NCBI GenBank assembly: GCA_026770705.1
Contig: JANJGN010000075.1
Coordinates: 2,418,001 to 2,482,000, forward strand
DNA: 64,000 nt
Direction: 5' to 3'
Source: Isurus oxyrinchus
Taxonomy: Eukaryota
Part shown: positions 13,271-27,169 of the stretch, piece after piece
How the letters are laid out: each line of letters begins with the position of its first letter
Numbering within the stretch: position 1 is the stretch's first letter
Notes under the pieces: generated by a model
What the model was told of the DNA's origin: nothing
Databases searched by the model: none
The model's input: only the letters and a program-made list of their open reading frames with translations
Program-made: the position numbers and the translations under genes

Positions 13271-14171
13271 AGGGTACTCTCAGTGTTTGAATATTTTTTT
13301 TTTATGGTAGAGGTGTGTAGATTCTTGGTAAGCATGGGGTTACCGGGGGTATGAGAGATTCAGATGACGTAACCAACAGATCAGCCATGATTTTATTAAA
13401 TGGCGGAGCAGGCTGAAGGGGCCGAATAGCCTTCTCCTGCTCCTGCCTGTGTGTCTGTATCTGCGTGTGTCTCTCCCCCTGTATGTGTGTCTTTGTATCT
13501 GTCGGTCTTTCTGACTCTATGTGCCTATCTCCTTCTATGTAGCTGCTTCTGTGTATGGTATGCCTTTGTCTGCGTGTCTGTTATTCTCTAGTTAGGAGCA
13601 GTTCACACAGGTTTCACTGAAAGCTAGGCTGAAGAGTTCAGGAAAGGCTGGGAAGATTGGATCTATACTCAATCGCACTTGAAACCTGAGTGTTGGACTA
13701 ATAAAAATATATAAGGTAACCAGGGTCTTTTGTAGACTAGACACTAGGAGAATGTTCACCCTGTTGGGTGACTGAGAACTAGGAGGCAGAATTTAGGAAG
13801 AACGATTCAACCAGTGGAATGGAGCCGAAGAGGAATTTGTTTCCACGGGAGCTTTCTTCGTCAGGGAGCAGTGGAGGCTGGGACATTTAGTATATCCACG
13901 GTTGTGATCTACAAAGACATCAAGGTGCTGCGGGCCAGACAAGGAATGCCACAATTACATCAATATCGATCTCATTGAATGGCGGAGCAGGATCGAGGTT
14001 CTGAATCGCCTACACCTGCTCCCATTTCTTATGAACTAATGATCGTATGATCTTAGATAAGGGTTCAAAATTGAATGGAATGTTTAACTTTGTAAGGGGA
14101 GCATTGAAACTGTGGTGCAAATCGATTCCATTTGAACTATCCAAAGACCACTGCACATACAATTCAACAGT

Positions 14172-15113
14172 CTTATGTAGCCAAGTGGTTATGGTACTGG
14201 GTTTGTAAACCCAAGATCAAGAGTTCAAATCTCACAATGGCAAAACTATGAAACAATGTAACTTCATCTGAAACAGATGGAAACGGGTTTGTACTTGAAA
14301 GAGTTACAATTCAACAGGCCTATGTAGCCAAGTGGTTATGGTACTGGGTTTGTAACCCCAAGAGCAAGAGTTCAAATCTCACAATGGCAAACTATGAAAC
14401 AATATAACTTCATCTGAAACTGATGGAAACGGGTTTGTACTCGAAAGAGTTACAATTCAACAGGCCTATGTAGCCAAGTGGTTATGGTACTGGGTTTGTA
14501 AACCCAAGATCAAGAGTTCAAATCTCACAATGGCAAAACTATGAAACAATGTAACTTCATCTGAAACAGATGGAAACGGGTTTGTACTTGAAAGAGTTAC
14601 AATTCAACAGGCCTATGTAGCCAAGTGGTTATGGTACTGGGTTTGTAAACCCAAGATCAAAAGTTCAAATCTCACAATGGCAAAACTATGTTACCAACAG
14701 GAGAAGGTCAGTTCAAACAGCACTGGTTTCTTCTAGGCTTGGCCTAAATAGCCAAGTGGTTATGGTACTGGGTTTGTAACCCCAAGATCGAGAGTTCAAA
14801 TCTCACAATGGCAAACTATGAAACAATGTAACTTCATCTGAAACAGATGGAAAACGGGTTTGTGCTCGAAAGAGTATCAAGAGTTCAAATCTCACAATGG
14901 CAAACTATGAAAACAATGTAACTTCATCTGAAACAGATGGAAATGTGTTTGTACTCAAAAGAGTTACAATTCAACAGGCCTAAGTAGCCAAGTGGTTATG
15001 GTACTGGGTTTGTAACCCCAAGATCAAGAGTTCAAATCTCACAATGGCAAACTATGAAACAATGTAACTTCATCTGAAATGACAGATGGAAACATGTTTG
15101 TACTCAAAAGAGT
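14172..15113 (+). mobile_element. Tandem array (about 7 full or partial units, 146-147 bp period) of a young tRNA-Thr(TGT)-like SINE
   Basis: Unit TAGCCAAGTGGTTATGGTACTGGGTTTGTAA(A/C)CCCAAGATCAAGAGTTCAAATCTC...GAAAGAGTTAC has A- and B-box-like motifs. CCAAG anchors at 14181, 14328, 14474, 14621, 14752 and 14988. Flanked by a 14-bp direct repeat tacaattcaacagt. Confidence 0.88.
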
Positions 15114-16530
15114 TACAATTCAACAGTACTAATTTGTATTTGTGTGAAATTAAAAGTGGGGTATTGTACCACATTTATCAGTACTTTAAAAATCCAGCAC
15201 CGAAAGGACGAGCCTAATGACCTCCTCTGGTATAAGATATCTAAACTTCTAGTTATAGTTGTTGTACTGGGTTTCCATTTGCAAACATTATCAACAATTA
15301 ATGGAATTCGTCAATATATACACTTTTCCTTCAGGACAGAAATCAAATGAAATAAATTAAAACATTCACAAAAGGTCCATTCACTGACCGCTTGGAAGCA
15401 TCAGTGAAAGTCAAAGGAAAGCTGCTGGGTGCAGTGTGTCTGCAAACACAGAGCATCTTTGCAGATCCCCACATGTGTACAGACCAAGGAAGATAATGTG
15501 AATGTTTCAGAGCTCCAACTTGGAACAGGTGGAGGCATTGACAATGGAATTGAAACAATGGATTATAGTAATTGAAAGCAGAATTCTGAACACAAAGTTA
15601 GTCTGCAGCATTGTTGCTCATTAGTCTCCGCCCACCCTGCAGATCTTTATCTCAGTGATATGCTCAGCTCTAGCAGGCTGAACGAGAAAGTGGAGTTAAT
15701 TCAAGTTTCCACTTTTAAACACTGCCTGAATTACTCAATAGAAGGGTTTAGTTGTACAGTTTGTAAATACACCCGCTCAGAGCTAACAGAAGGCATATAG
15801 AAAGTAGCTGAAGTCTGGGAACATGACTGAAACATAAGCAAACATGGTGAAGTTTGTTATTATTAAATATGATTGTGATAGCACTTAGGCTTTAGAGCGG
15901 ATGGTAGTGGTTTCAAATTGATGGGGCCTCAGTTCAACGAAACAGGAACTTAGCTTCTGTCAGTAACGACATTGAATTAGAGTTAACAGAATAGGCGATA
16001 ATAAATTCATCAAAATTATCCCTAATTGTGTTCAAGTTTTTACCTCAATTTAACTTTCCAAATCTCCCGATGACTTTCGCGAATGAATGATCCCGTCGAC
16101 GGAGAATAACCCATCACATTATCTGATCCAGACTGAAAGCATATATTGATTTGATCATGAGCCCCCCAGATAATAGCGGAGTTAAAGGCCTATAGGCCTT
16201 TGAAACGTTTCTAACATTGTTTTTGTTTGTTCAGAGGGTGTGCGCATGTCTAGCTAGGCCGCCATTATTTGCCCATCCATTAGTCCCATCACTAGGGTGA
16301 CATTTTTAAGAGTCAAGTATATTGTGTGCCTGGAGTCACATGTCGGCCAGCCAACATAAGGTGTCCATATTTCCTTCACCCTCCTTCCGCGCATGCCCGC
16401 TTAGCACAGAACAAATTTCAGAATAATCAACTGCTGTGTCACAAAATTTGACCAATGCTCCCTTTCTTTGGCTTTGGAGCACTGATCTAACTGGTAGTCG
16501 CATAAGACAAACAGAACTAAGTAGATTATC

Positions 16531-16824
16531 AATATAAAAACAAAAAACTGCGGATGCTGGAAATCCAAAACAAAAACAGAAATACCTGGAAAACCTCAGC
16601 AGGTCTGGAAGCATCGGCGGAGAAGAGCAAAATTGAAGTTTCGAGTCCTCGTGACCCTTCAACAGCACTAAGTAGAAGTAGGAAAGGGGTGAAATAGAAG
16701 CTGGTTTAAGGGGTGTGTGTGTGTGGGTGTGGGTGGGGGGGGGGGAGGGTGTTGGGGGGAAGCCTTGCTCTTCTCAGCCGATGCTGCCAGACTGCTGAGT
16801 ATTTCCACATATTTCTGTTTTTGT
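16531..16824. mobile_element. Penelope-like element remnant with inverted terminal repeats
   Basis: aaaactgcggatgctggaaatc...ctcagcaggtctggaagcatcggcggagaagagcaa on the left and its reverse complement on the right. Flanked by taag(t/c)agattatc; absent from Z copy 1 (about 12480). Confidence 0.7.
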
Positions 16825-17974
16825 TAAGCAGATTATCGGCTCTGCCGAGATCATGGGCAGACAAACAGGCTCCCATTTCGAAAATTAAATTTACTATCCT
16901 TCAAGACATGTCACAGAGCCAATATCTAGCATTAAAACCGTGAGATCAGAATCTACTTCAATATGTGCAATGTGGTAACGACGAGATATCTCTTGACCCA
17001 GGCAATGGGCAGAATATGGGACATCGCACCTCGTGAATTAGTTGAGGATTATATAATTGATATATAGCAGAGGAAATATGTTTGGAAACTTGTCAGTGAT
17101 AAACATTATGAGGAAGTGGTGATTACATTGCATAAACCAATGTGGCAGGAGGATGGTGTGGAGCATCATTAACAGCATAGAGCTCTTGGACCGAATGATG
17201 TCTTTCTCTGCTTTAAATGCAGTTAATTTCAGTGGACATTAAGCATGAAGCGACAACAAATGCACGAACTGAAAGTGACTGTGTTCAGCATCGAAGCCCT
17301 TCACCCCTGATCAAGTGAAATTTAACCTTCACAGCAAGAGCAGTACATCAGAGTGAAGATTCTGTTTGAACACACTGAATACAAAGATGTTGTGACAAAA
17401 TTTTTCACAGACTTCAGCCGTAAATACTATTCAGCCTTTCTAAGAGCATCAGAACTGTGAGAGTAACAGCAGCAGCTGCTCGTTCTCAGGCATTCATTTA
17501 TCATCAAAACTGAATTGAAGACTGTTAATTACAGAAGCTCATTTAATATTGCGCCAGTATCTTCAAACATCTCAATGTCTGGATGCATTTGGGCGCATCA
17601 CACAAACCGAATGGGTTGAAATGAAGGGTAATGCCAGTGTTTGAATATTTTTAAGGCAGAGGTGGATACATTCTTGGTAAGCAAGGGGGCGATAGGATAT
17701 CGGGTTAGGAGAGATTCACATGACGTAACCATCTGGTCAGCCATGATTTTATTAAATGGCACAACATTCCGTTGCTACTCATGTTTGTTAGTGAGAAGGA
17801 CGCAGAGTGAAGGTGACCTTTGCCACCAGATTCAGCCCCGTCTCTATTTCTCGGTTCTCATCATTTAGCATTTACCCTCAGGATTCAGCTGTCACAAGAG
17901 ACGGCGGAACTCACAGAGAAGAAACAATGAATGAGGACCTGGAGAATCTTAACATTTTCTCTGTGGTTAAGTGA

Positions 17975-18435
17975 TGTTTGTATACATGTCTCTATCTGAT
18001 TATCTGTCGTTTTCTGTATCTGTATCTTCCTCTCTGTGTGCGTATGAGTCTTTCTATGTGTATGTCCCTGTGTGTCTGTCTCTCTGTGTCGGTCTCTGTC
18101 TGTCTATCTGTCGCTGCTTGCATCTGTGTGTATGCCTCTTTGTGTTCGTATGATTCCCTATTTCTCTTTCTGTCTGTGTGTCTGCTCCTGCCCGAGAGTG
18201 CATCTCCCTGTATGCCTGTGCATTTGATTGTCTCTCTATATTTCCTTCTCTCTGTCTGTGTGGCAGTGTCTACCTGTGTGTCTGTATCTGCATGCGCCTC
18301 TCTTGCTGTGTGTGTCTTTGTGTGTTTGTCGGTGTTTTTGACTCGATGCGACGATCTCTGTCAACGTGCCTGATTCTGTGTATTTCTTTGCCTATGTCTC
18401 CGTGTCTGCCTCCTTCTAAGTCTTTCTCTGTCGGC
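17975..18435. repeat. Degenerate (TCTG/TG)n simple repeat
   Basis: Low complexity; positional paralog of 5540-5855. Confidence 0.9.
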
Positions 18436-20294
18436 AAGCCCCATTAAGGAATTAATTCATACATTAGCAGCAGCCTTTGAAGTTGAAGAAAAACACCTCA
18501 GTAGGTGCATGATAAAATTTGACGAGAAGGAGCAGCTGCTGTAAGGCGTATATTTAAGGACATTAGTCTCCACCCCTGTACAGATCTCTCTCTTAATGAT
18601 TTGACCAACTCCAGCCGTGTAAAGGAGAAGGTGCTGACTAAATAATAAGAACGGAGCATTGTTTCAACTCACCACTACAAGAATTGTTTATTAACTGTCA
18701 CATGCATGACACTTCGCATATCAACTTAATGGATAGTGAAATAAAAATGAAATATTAATAGGTGAAATATTTGGAAATGTAACTGTCTGAATTTTACAGA
18801 GACAGTGAATGTTTATAACGGCAAGCTGTGGTTTCACAGCAGAAACACATAATCTCAGGCACAAAACAATTTAACCCTTGACAATAGAAACAATGACCCA
18901 GCGACAGACATGTGATAAATCACAGTGAAAGAAAATACTTGGTGAAAATTCCTTCTAACTACTTTGAATAGCTTAAACAAGTAATTCCGCGTTACAAAAC
19001 CGCCAGGGGTGCAGACAAACAGACTGATTCACCCTACACTTAATTATTCAAACTATTAAATGCAAGCTGCTTCAAATACAAAGCAGCCATTAAACATTCC
19101 ACAAAGCATCTCAGAAGTTATGAATAAGCAGAGACGTTGCATTATGCCAACATGTTGAGGATTCGTGCGCCATGTAATCGTCTATTTACAGACTGAAAAA
19201 AAGTTTCATCAAGTACGTGAAAAGGAAGCCAGAAGCCAAAATGTGCATTGGCCCCTGAGAGGTGGAGACTGGCGAGTTAATGATGGGAATCAAGTACCTG
19301 GCAGTGAATGGAACAAAGACATCCAAAGAATGGCAAAAAAGCAAAAAGGTGGAAACTACAACAAACACAATCAGTGGAAAGAAAAAACATTGCGAAAATT
19401 AATGGAGCAAAGGATAAGCAATCCTTATGCAATCGATGACCTGCATCCTGGTGTCTTAAAATAGGGGACAAGTGTGATATAAATGTTTTATTATTTTACC
19501 AAGTGTGGGCACTGCTGGCTCCTCCAGCTTTTATCGTCCCTAATAGCCCCTTGAGTAGGTGGTGGTGCGCCGCCTTGTTGAACAGCTACAGTCCCTGTCG
19601 TGTAGGCACAACCACAGTGCTGTTTGGAAGGGATTCCCAGCGGCTGTGAAGTTTGCAATGCTTTTATTCTTCCGAACCTTTCTAGGTACCAACTGCTTGG
19701 ATGTTGAACCTAATATCAATTGTCTAGAAAGGAGGAACATTGCAAATTGGGAACTGTAGACTAGATTCCTAACACCTGACACTGAGAAGGCAGTTCAGAT
19801 ACACGTAGCCTAGAAAAGGCAGAGAAAGTGAAATTTTAGTTAAGATGCTGGACAACTAGTTATTCGAAGAAAATAAAAGAAAACAAAATAAAGAGGTGAA
19901 TCTCAGAAACATAACTAAATATTTGGTTCTGCAGCAGTTGAGTTAATGTGACCATATCTGAGCAAAGCTCTTTAGAAAGGATTTCCAGGCCTTTGAAATG
20001 TTTGAAAGAAGGTTGTACAAAATTATACCAGCGATGAGAGTCTTCAGATTTGCAATCTCAATCCGGGGATTTGGGAGGTGGACCGCCAACAGTGAGTGTG
20101 GGACGGATGATTTAACATGGAGAGCTCTCTGTATCTCTCCATGATTCTCAATGGCAGTTTACCATCAGGCCTCATCGTTCCCGTGGGCACCCGACAGTAC
20201 AAGAGAGTCGAAGGTAAGGGAAAATGAAACAGTGGAGGAGGGCTCAGACTAAAATATTTCTCCGTGAATAAGTGACTTGTGTAAATGTCTAAAT

Positions 20295-21545
20295 GTGTGG
20301 GACAGTCTCTGTGTGCCTGTCACGGTCTCTGTTTCCCTCACTGTCTGCTGCCTGTCACCGTCTGTGGGCCTGACATTGTCTGTGTGCTTGCCCATGTCGT
20401 TGTCCATTTCCCTGTCTGTCTTCTTCACTCTGCGCATCCATCTCTGTCTGTGTTTCTGACACTATTTGTGTTCCTGTCACTGTTTATGTCTTTGTCCCTG
20501 TCTGTGTGCCTTTTCACTGTCTGTGCTTCTGCCACTGTCTGTGTTTCTGTTACTGTCTCTGTCTCTGCGTTTATATGTTTGTCTGTTTGTCACTGTCTGT
20601 GCTTCTGTCACTGTCTGTGTGTCCTTCACTGTCCTTGTGTTTTTCATTCTCTGTGTCTCTTACACTCTCTGTTGTCCAGTCTCTGTCTGCCTGTTTGTCC
20701 ATGTTGGTGTTTCTGTTGCTGGCTGTGTGATTTCCTCTACCTGTGCGTCAGTCGCTGACTCTAGATCTCTGGTGTGCCTGACACTGTGTTTGTCTTCAAG
20801 TCGCTTTCTCTTCCTGTGTGCCTGCTTGTCACACTCTATGCATGTATTACTATACTAGCATCTGTCTCTGTCTGTGCATCTGTCACTATCTGTGTGCCTG
20901 TCTGTGTCTCCATGTCTGTCTCTGTCTGTGTGCCTGTCTTAATCTGTGTTTCGTTCTGGCTGTGTGTTTCTGCCAGTGTCTGTATGTCTGTTACTGTCTC
21001 TGTCTGTGTTGTTGTCACTGTGTGTGTTTCAGTCACTTTCGTGTGTCTTTTGCTATCTTTGTGTCTGTCCATTTCAGTGGGTCTGGCACGCTCTGTGTAC
21101 CAGTCTCTGTCTGCGTGTCTGTCCCTGTGGGTGTTTCTGCCACTGGCTGAGTGATTCTCTCTGCCTGGGTGTCTGTCGCTGCCTCTGCCTCTCTTGTGTG
21201 CATGTCACTGTTTTTGTCTTCATGTCGCTTTCTGTGCCTCTCTCTGCCTGACTAACTCTGTGTGGCTCAGTTACTGCACTAATGTTTGCCTCTGACTCTG
21301 CGTCTGTCATATATGTCTCTCTGTCTGTGTCTTCATGTCTGTCTCTGTCTGTGTGTCTAACTCAATCTGTGTTTCTCTCCTGGTTTTTGTGTATATCTGT
21401 CTCCCTGTGTCTTTTTATCTGTCTCTGTCTCTATGCCTGACCATTTCTGTGTGTCTTTCACGATCTGTGTGTCTTTCACTGTCTGTATGTCTGTCACTGT
21501 CTGTGCGTCTGTCTCTCTCGGTGTTTCTGTCTGTGTCTTTGTGCA
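20295..21545. repeat. Degenerate (TCTG/TG)n simple repeat
   Basis: Low complexity; positional paralog of 7140-8265. Confidence 0.92.
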
Positions 21546-22344
21546 GCATTATTGAATGGTTTGCTGTGCGAGCCACAGATTTTCAATTGGAACCAATGAA
21601 GGTAACCGGATAAATGCAGCTGCTGCAATGTGTTAACTGAAAGGAATTAGTCCCCGCTCTCTATTCAGATAACTATTTCAACAAATTACCCAACTCAAGC
21701 AGGCCAAACGAGAAAGTGCCAACTTAAAAAAATGAAAGCTTATTCGGATTTCAAATCACGGTAACAAGGACAATTAACTAAATGTCTCCAACACCACATT
21801 TCGCGTATGAACATAATGCAGCATGGAAGAAAATTAAATAACAATGGATGAATCCATTGCTAAAGTGTTTGTCTGAACTTGAGAGTGGCAGCAAGTGTTT
21901 GCAATGGAAACTAGTTTTTGTTAAATGTCAGAAACACACCATCTCAGAAAAAGAATAATTTAAAACTTGTCTAGAAAAGCGATGTATCGACATGTGTTCA
22001 GACAAATTGGATTAAAATATATTGTGACAACTTTTGTTAAATACTTTGAAAACAATATATCAGTGAATTCTTGGATAAATGACCAGCAATGTTCGTGGAC
22101 TTCCATACTGAAACTCCTTGCACTCGTTTATTCATGCCAATAATTGTAAGCTACTTCCAATGCGAATAAGTTACTACATTTTACACACAACATCCTTGAT
22201 TCTCTTAACACACATACAAAATACATCACAACAAATGATTCAGGAATTGCATGACATGAAACATTATACAAACAGACAGGGAAAAAATAGCTTCAATAAG
22301 TATATGAAACAGGAAAGATAAATAGCCAGTTGAAAATTGAGCCC

Positions 22345-24020
22345 TTAGAGGGGGGACTGGCGAAGTACTAGTGGGGAAAAAGGAAATAGGCAAAGACTTT
22401 GAACAAGTATTTTTAAATCAGTCTTCGCAGTAGATGACACAGAAATCAACCAAGGCATGGCAGAAAATAAAGAGGGACGAGGCTAAAACAAACGCAATCA
22501 CTGGAGAAATAAGTACTGGGAGCACTAATGGCAATAAAGATTGACAAGACTCCTGGAATCATGGACAGCATCCAGGGGTCCTGAAGGAGACGACAACAGT
22601 GTTAATGGATACATTGGTTGTAATCCTCTAAAATTGTGTAGAATCAGGAAAGCTCCCAGCTGCTTGGAAAATTGCAAACGTAACACCTAAATTCTAGAAA
22701 GAAGGAAGGCAAGAAATGGCAGGGAACAATAGGCCGATTACCGAACATCTAACCTTGTGACTAAGTCAGAATCCATTTTTAAGCATGTAGCAACAGGGCA
22801 TTAATAAAATCACGTTACAATCAGGCAGAGTCAACAGGGTTTAGTGTTAGGGAAATGGCATTTGGCAAATGTTGGTGCTCTTTGAGTTTGCAACGAGCAG
22901 ACTGGGCAAAGGGGTATCAGCAGATGTAATGTTTTTCAATTTGCATACGTCATTCGATAAACCACCACATAAAGAAAATGGATCAGAAAATAAGAGCTTT
23001 TGGTTTTATGGGTGATATTTGAGCAAGGATGGAGGATTGGAAAATCAACTGGAGACGTAGAGCCAGGGAAAATGGAACGTGTTCAGGTCGGCAAAGTGTG
23101 ATGATTGGAGTGCCACAGGGATCTTTGCTGGAGCTTCAAATATTTACCAACTCTATGAATATTTGTCTGAAAATGAGGGGCTGTGCTGTAAACCGATTTT
23201 CAAGGATACAAAGATAAGCAGGAAACAACGTTGTGATGAGGAAATGGTGAATCTGCTCAGGATACAATCAGTGATTGGTCATCACTTTGTCAGATGGAGT
23301 AAAATCTTCGAAATTATTAATTTTTCCAATAGTGGAAAGAAATGGATGAGCACAATATTAAATAAAATGTAAGAGTGGGTAAAATGCTCTAGTAGAGAGG
23401 GATCTGGGGGCTCTTGTTCATTAATTACAGAGAAATACAATGAAGGTAGACAAAGGAACGATGAAATAAAATGGAATATGGTCAGTTTTGAGCAAAGGGG
23501 ATTGAGTTTAAATGGAAGGAACCTCATTGCAATTGTACAGAGCATTGGTGAGACCACACCAATGGTGCTGTCTGCTATTTTTGCCTCCTTATGTAAGGAC
23601 TAGTGCACTGTCATTAGAAGCAATTCACAAAATTTTCACTGAAACCTGGCAGAAGAAGTTGTCTTCAGGAAATGCTGAGAAGATTGGACTTACACTCAAT
23701 CCCACTTAAAACGTGAGAGGTGGACTTAAAGAAGTATACAAGGTATTGAGGAGGCTTTAAGTTCTAGAGACTAAGAGAATGTTCAGCCCGTGGGGGAACT
23801 GAGAATTAGTTGGCACGGTTTACAAAGAATGATTTATCCACATGACTGGATTCGAAGCGGAATTTGTTTCCATGGGAACTATCTTAATCAAGGAGCAGTG
23901 GAGGCTGGGATTTAAAGGTGCATGTGGGCCAAAGAAGGAAGGCCACAATTAGAGGAATCTTGACCTCATTGAATCGTGGAGCATGATCAACGATCTGAAT
24001 GGCCTACACCTTCTCCCATT
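22345..24020 (+). mobile_element. Degenerate CR1 ORF2 (RT) fragment
   Basis: WKIANVTP, GVPQGSLL, LQLYRALVRPH motifs with many stops and frameshifts. Confidence 0.85.
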
Positions 24021-26310
24021 TCCAATGAACTAATGATCGTATGATCTTACATAAGGGTTTAAGATAGAATAGAATCTTTCACTTTTTAAGAGTGATATTG
24101 AAAATGTGGTGCAAATGATTCCAGATGAAATTTACAAAGACCACTGTACATGCATTTCAACATGACTAATTTGTATCTTTGCAAAATAAAATTGGGACAT
24201 TGTTCCATATTTGGCAGCACTTTAAAAATACGGCGCAGAAAGGACGGGCCTAATGATCTCCTCTGGTATAAGATTTCTATGCCTCTAGTCATATTCGTTG
24301 TACATGGTTTCCATTTGCAAACACCATAAACAATTAATGGAAGTCGCGAATTTATCCCCTTTTCCTTAAGGGCAGAGCTCAATTGAAATATTTTTACAAA
24401 CTCACAAAAGTTCTATTTACTTGCGGAATGAAAGCTTCAGTGCAATTCAAAGGAGCTTTGTGGAGCGTGTATGCAAACACTGAGCATCTTTGCAGATCCC
24501 CACATGTGTCCAGACCAAGAAACATAATGGGAATGCAAGTGCCAGGGCTCCATTATGGAAAAGATTGAGTATTTGACAGTGAAATTGAAACAATGGAATA
24601 TGGTAATTGAGAAGTGAATTCTCAACACAAAGATAGACTACTTCATTGTTGGTCATTAGTCTCCACCAACACTGCTGATATTTATCTCAGTGATGTGCTC
24701 AGCTTCAGCAGACTGAATGAGGAAGTGGAGTTAATTCAAGTTTTCAAAAGTAAACTCTGCCTGAATTATTCACAACAAGCGAGTGGTTGTTTAGATGATA
24801 AAGGCACCAGCAGTCGACTAACACACAGTACATTGAAAGTAGCTGAAATTCGGGAATATGACTTAAAAATAAGCAAACATTCTGAAAGTGTCCATTATTA
24901 AAGATGATAGTGATAGCACTTAGTCGTTAGAGCGGAAGGGGGCGGTTTCAACTTGATGGGCCTTCAGTTCTAAGAAACAGGAAACGTAGCCACTGTCAGT
25001 GACAACATCGAACTCGAATTATCAGAATGTCTCAACATAAATTCACCAGAATGTTACTAATTGTGTCGAACTTGCCAAATCACCCGATGACGCTCACTGA
25101 TGAATGAACCCCGTCCACGCTGAATACGCCACCCTATTATCTGATCCAAATTGAACGCAGATATTGATTTTACCACGTGAACTCTGGAATCCAGTGGTGA
25201 TACTGGCCGCAGGTCTTTCAAACTTACTTTTTGTTCATTCATGAGATGTGGGCATCGCTGGCTAGGCCAGCATTGATTGCCACCCATATTTCTCTTAATT
25301 AAGAACATATTGTTAAGAGTCAACCACATTGATATGTGTCTGGAGTCACGTATAGGCAAGACCAGGTAAGTGCGGCAGATTTCTTTCCCTAAAGATACTT
25401 CACTCTTCTGCTGCGAATACCGACTTTGGAACACGGGAAAGGATCACAGAATACTCAGCACCTGTGTCACAACACCTTTCAGGTGTTCCCTGTCTGTTTG
25501 TTTGGAGCACTGAGCTGACTGGTAGTCACATCGGAGACCAAACAAAACCAGACTATCGGCCCTACCATGCCATGAGGAGACCAACAGGTTCCGATTCCCC
25601 AAAGGATAAATTCACTATTCTCCAAGCCATGTCAAAGCGTCAGCATCTAGCTATAAAAGTGAAAGATCGTAATCTACTTCAACATGTGCAATGTGGTAGT
25701 CAGGAGATATCTCTTCACCCAGGGAAGATTGCCAAATGTGGAACATGATGCCTCGTGGTGTAGCTGAGACTGATAGAATTGATATATATCATTGGGAAAT
25801 AGTTTGGAAACATGTGGGTGAAATGTATTATGAGGAAGTGGTGAAAATGTTAGATAAACTGAGCATCAAGAACAGCATAGAGCTGTTGTGCGGAATGTTG
25901 TGCTTCTCTGCTGTAAAAACAAATAATTTTAATGGATATTAGACGTGATGCGACAGAAAATGTAATAATTCTGAATCTCTGTGTTCAACGTTGGATCCCT
26001 TCAATTCTGATCAAGTGAACTTTAAACATCAGAGCATGAACAGTGCATCAGAGTGAACACACTGAGTACAAGCATATGGTTCAATTTTTTACATGACTTC
26101 AGGCATAAATATTATTAAGTTGTTCTATGAAGATAGCCACTTTGAGAGCAACAGCAGCAGCTTCTGCTTCTCAGGCATTCATTTATCTCAAAACTGAATT
26201 CAGCCTGCTAAATAGAGAAACAAATTTGATATTATACAAGCATTTTCTAACATCTCAATTACTGATTGCAATTTGGCGCAACAAATAGATTAAGTTGGTT
26301 AAATTGAAGG
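24020..26310. repeat. Local duplication unit Z, copy 3
   Basis: Colinear with Z copies 1 and 2. Confidence 0.85.
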
Positions 26311-27169
26311 GTCCTGTCAGGCACAAAGCAATTCTGTAAGGTATAATCGTAACACAACAGACTGGCAAGTTATTATTTCAGCTGCTTCGACCTCTGAGAG
26401 ACAGTGCAGATTGCCAGTTGTTCACTGAGAATGAGGTCAAGGAAGGAGGTGATGGTTATCACTGGAAAACTACTCCCACGATGGGCATGTGTGTGAGGGA
26501 ATTGGGTTATAGCTTCAAGTCTAAACATCAGATTTCAGAGAGGAGAGAGCCCCAAGGAGGTTTAAAGTAGGGAGCAGGGGAATAGTGAAATGCAGCAAAT
26601 GCAACTGAATGGATGTCATTAATCATCATTTCTTCAGCTCTATGGAGAAACTAGAGCAGTCGGGGGTGTTCTCCAGATAAAACAGAATTTAAGTGGACGT
26701 TTAGGGAATATGACCAGGTATTAGAGACTTCATTCCTGTGTAGGGACTGGAGAAGGTGGGATGATTCCCCTTAGATATGAGGAGTTTAGCACATTTTTCC
26801 CAAGGTGGCAGTGAGGATTGGGAATTATTTTATCAGAAGAGATGTGACAAGTTGGAAGTGTTGGTGAGAAATCAGAATGGGAGGAACAAATGTGTTGAAT
26901 ACAAAAAATACCCGAGCAAAACAAAGAGGCTGAGAATGTGTCAGGCTGAGGCTCACGGTTTCAGAAAAATCTTTAAGCAGAAATCTGTGATATCAGCTCA
27001 GAGACACTTCATCTCGGACATATGTGATTTCAACCCCTGACAGGATGAACAGGGCATCACAGCCAAGTCTGGAGCCAAACATATAAAAATAACATTTATT
27101 GCTGTAACCTTTTGGTACGTTTTAAGCCTTGTTATTCATGAATTTCTCTAACACCACGAGAGTTAGAAT

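Larger units (their letters stand above)
14030..17640. repeat. Local duplication unit Z, copy 2 (with two later insertions)
   Basis: Colinear with the other Z copies once the inserts at 14172-15113 and 16531-16824 are removed. Confidence 0.85.

Noticed and set aside
14172-15113. CRISPR array or functional tRNA-Thr gene cluster
   Set aside because: No unique spacers and the context is eukaryotic. The acceptor stem is poorly paired, a fixed non-tRNA tail follows, and a solo copy with a TSD shows it is a retroposon.
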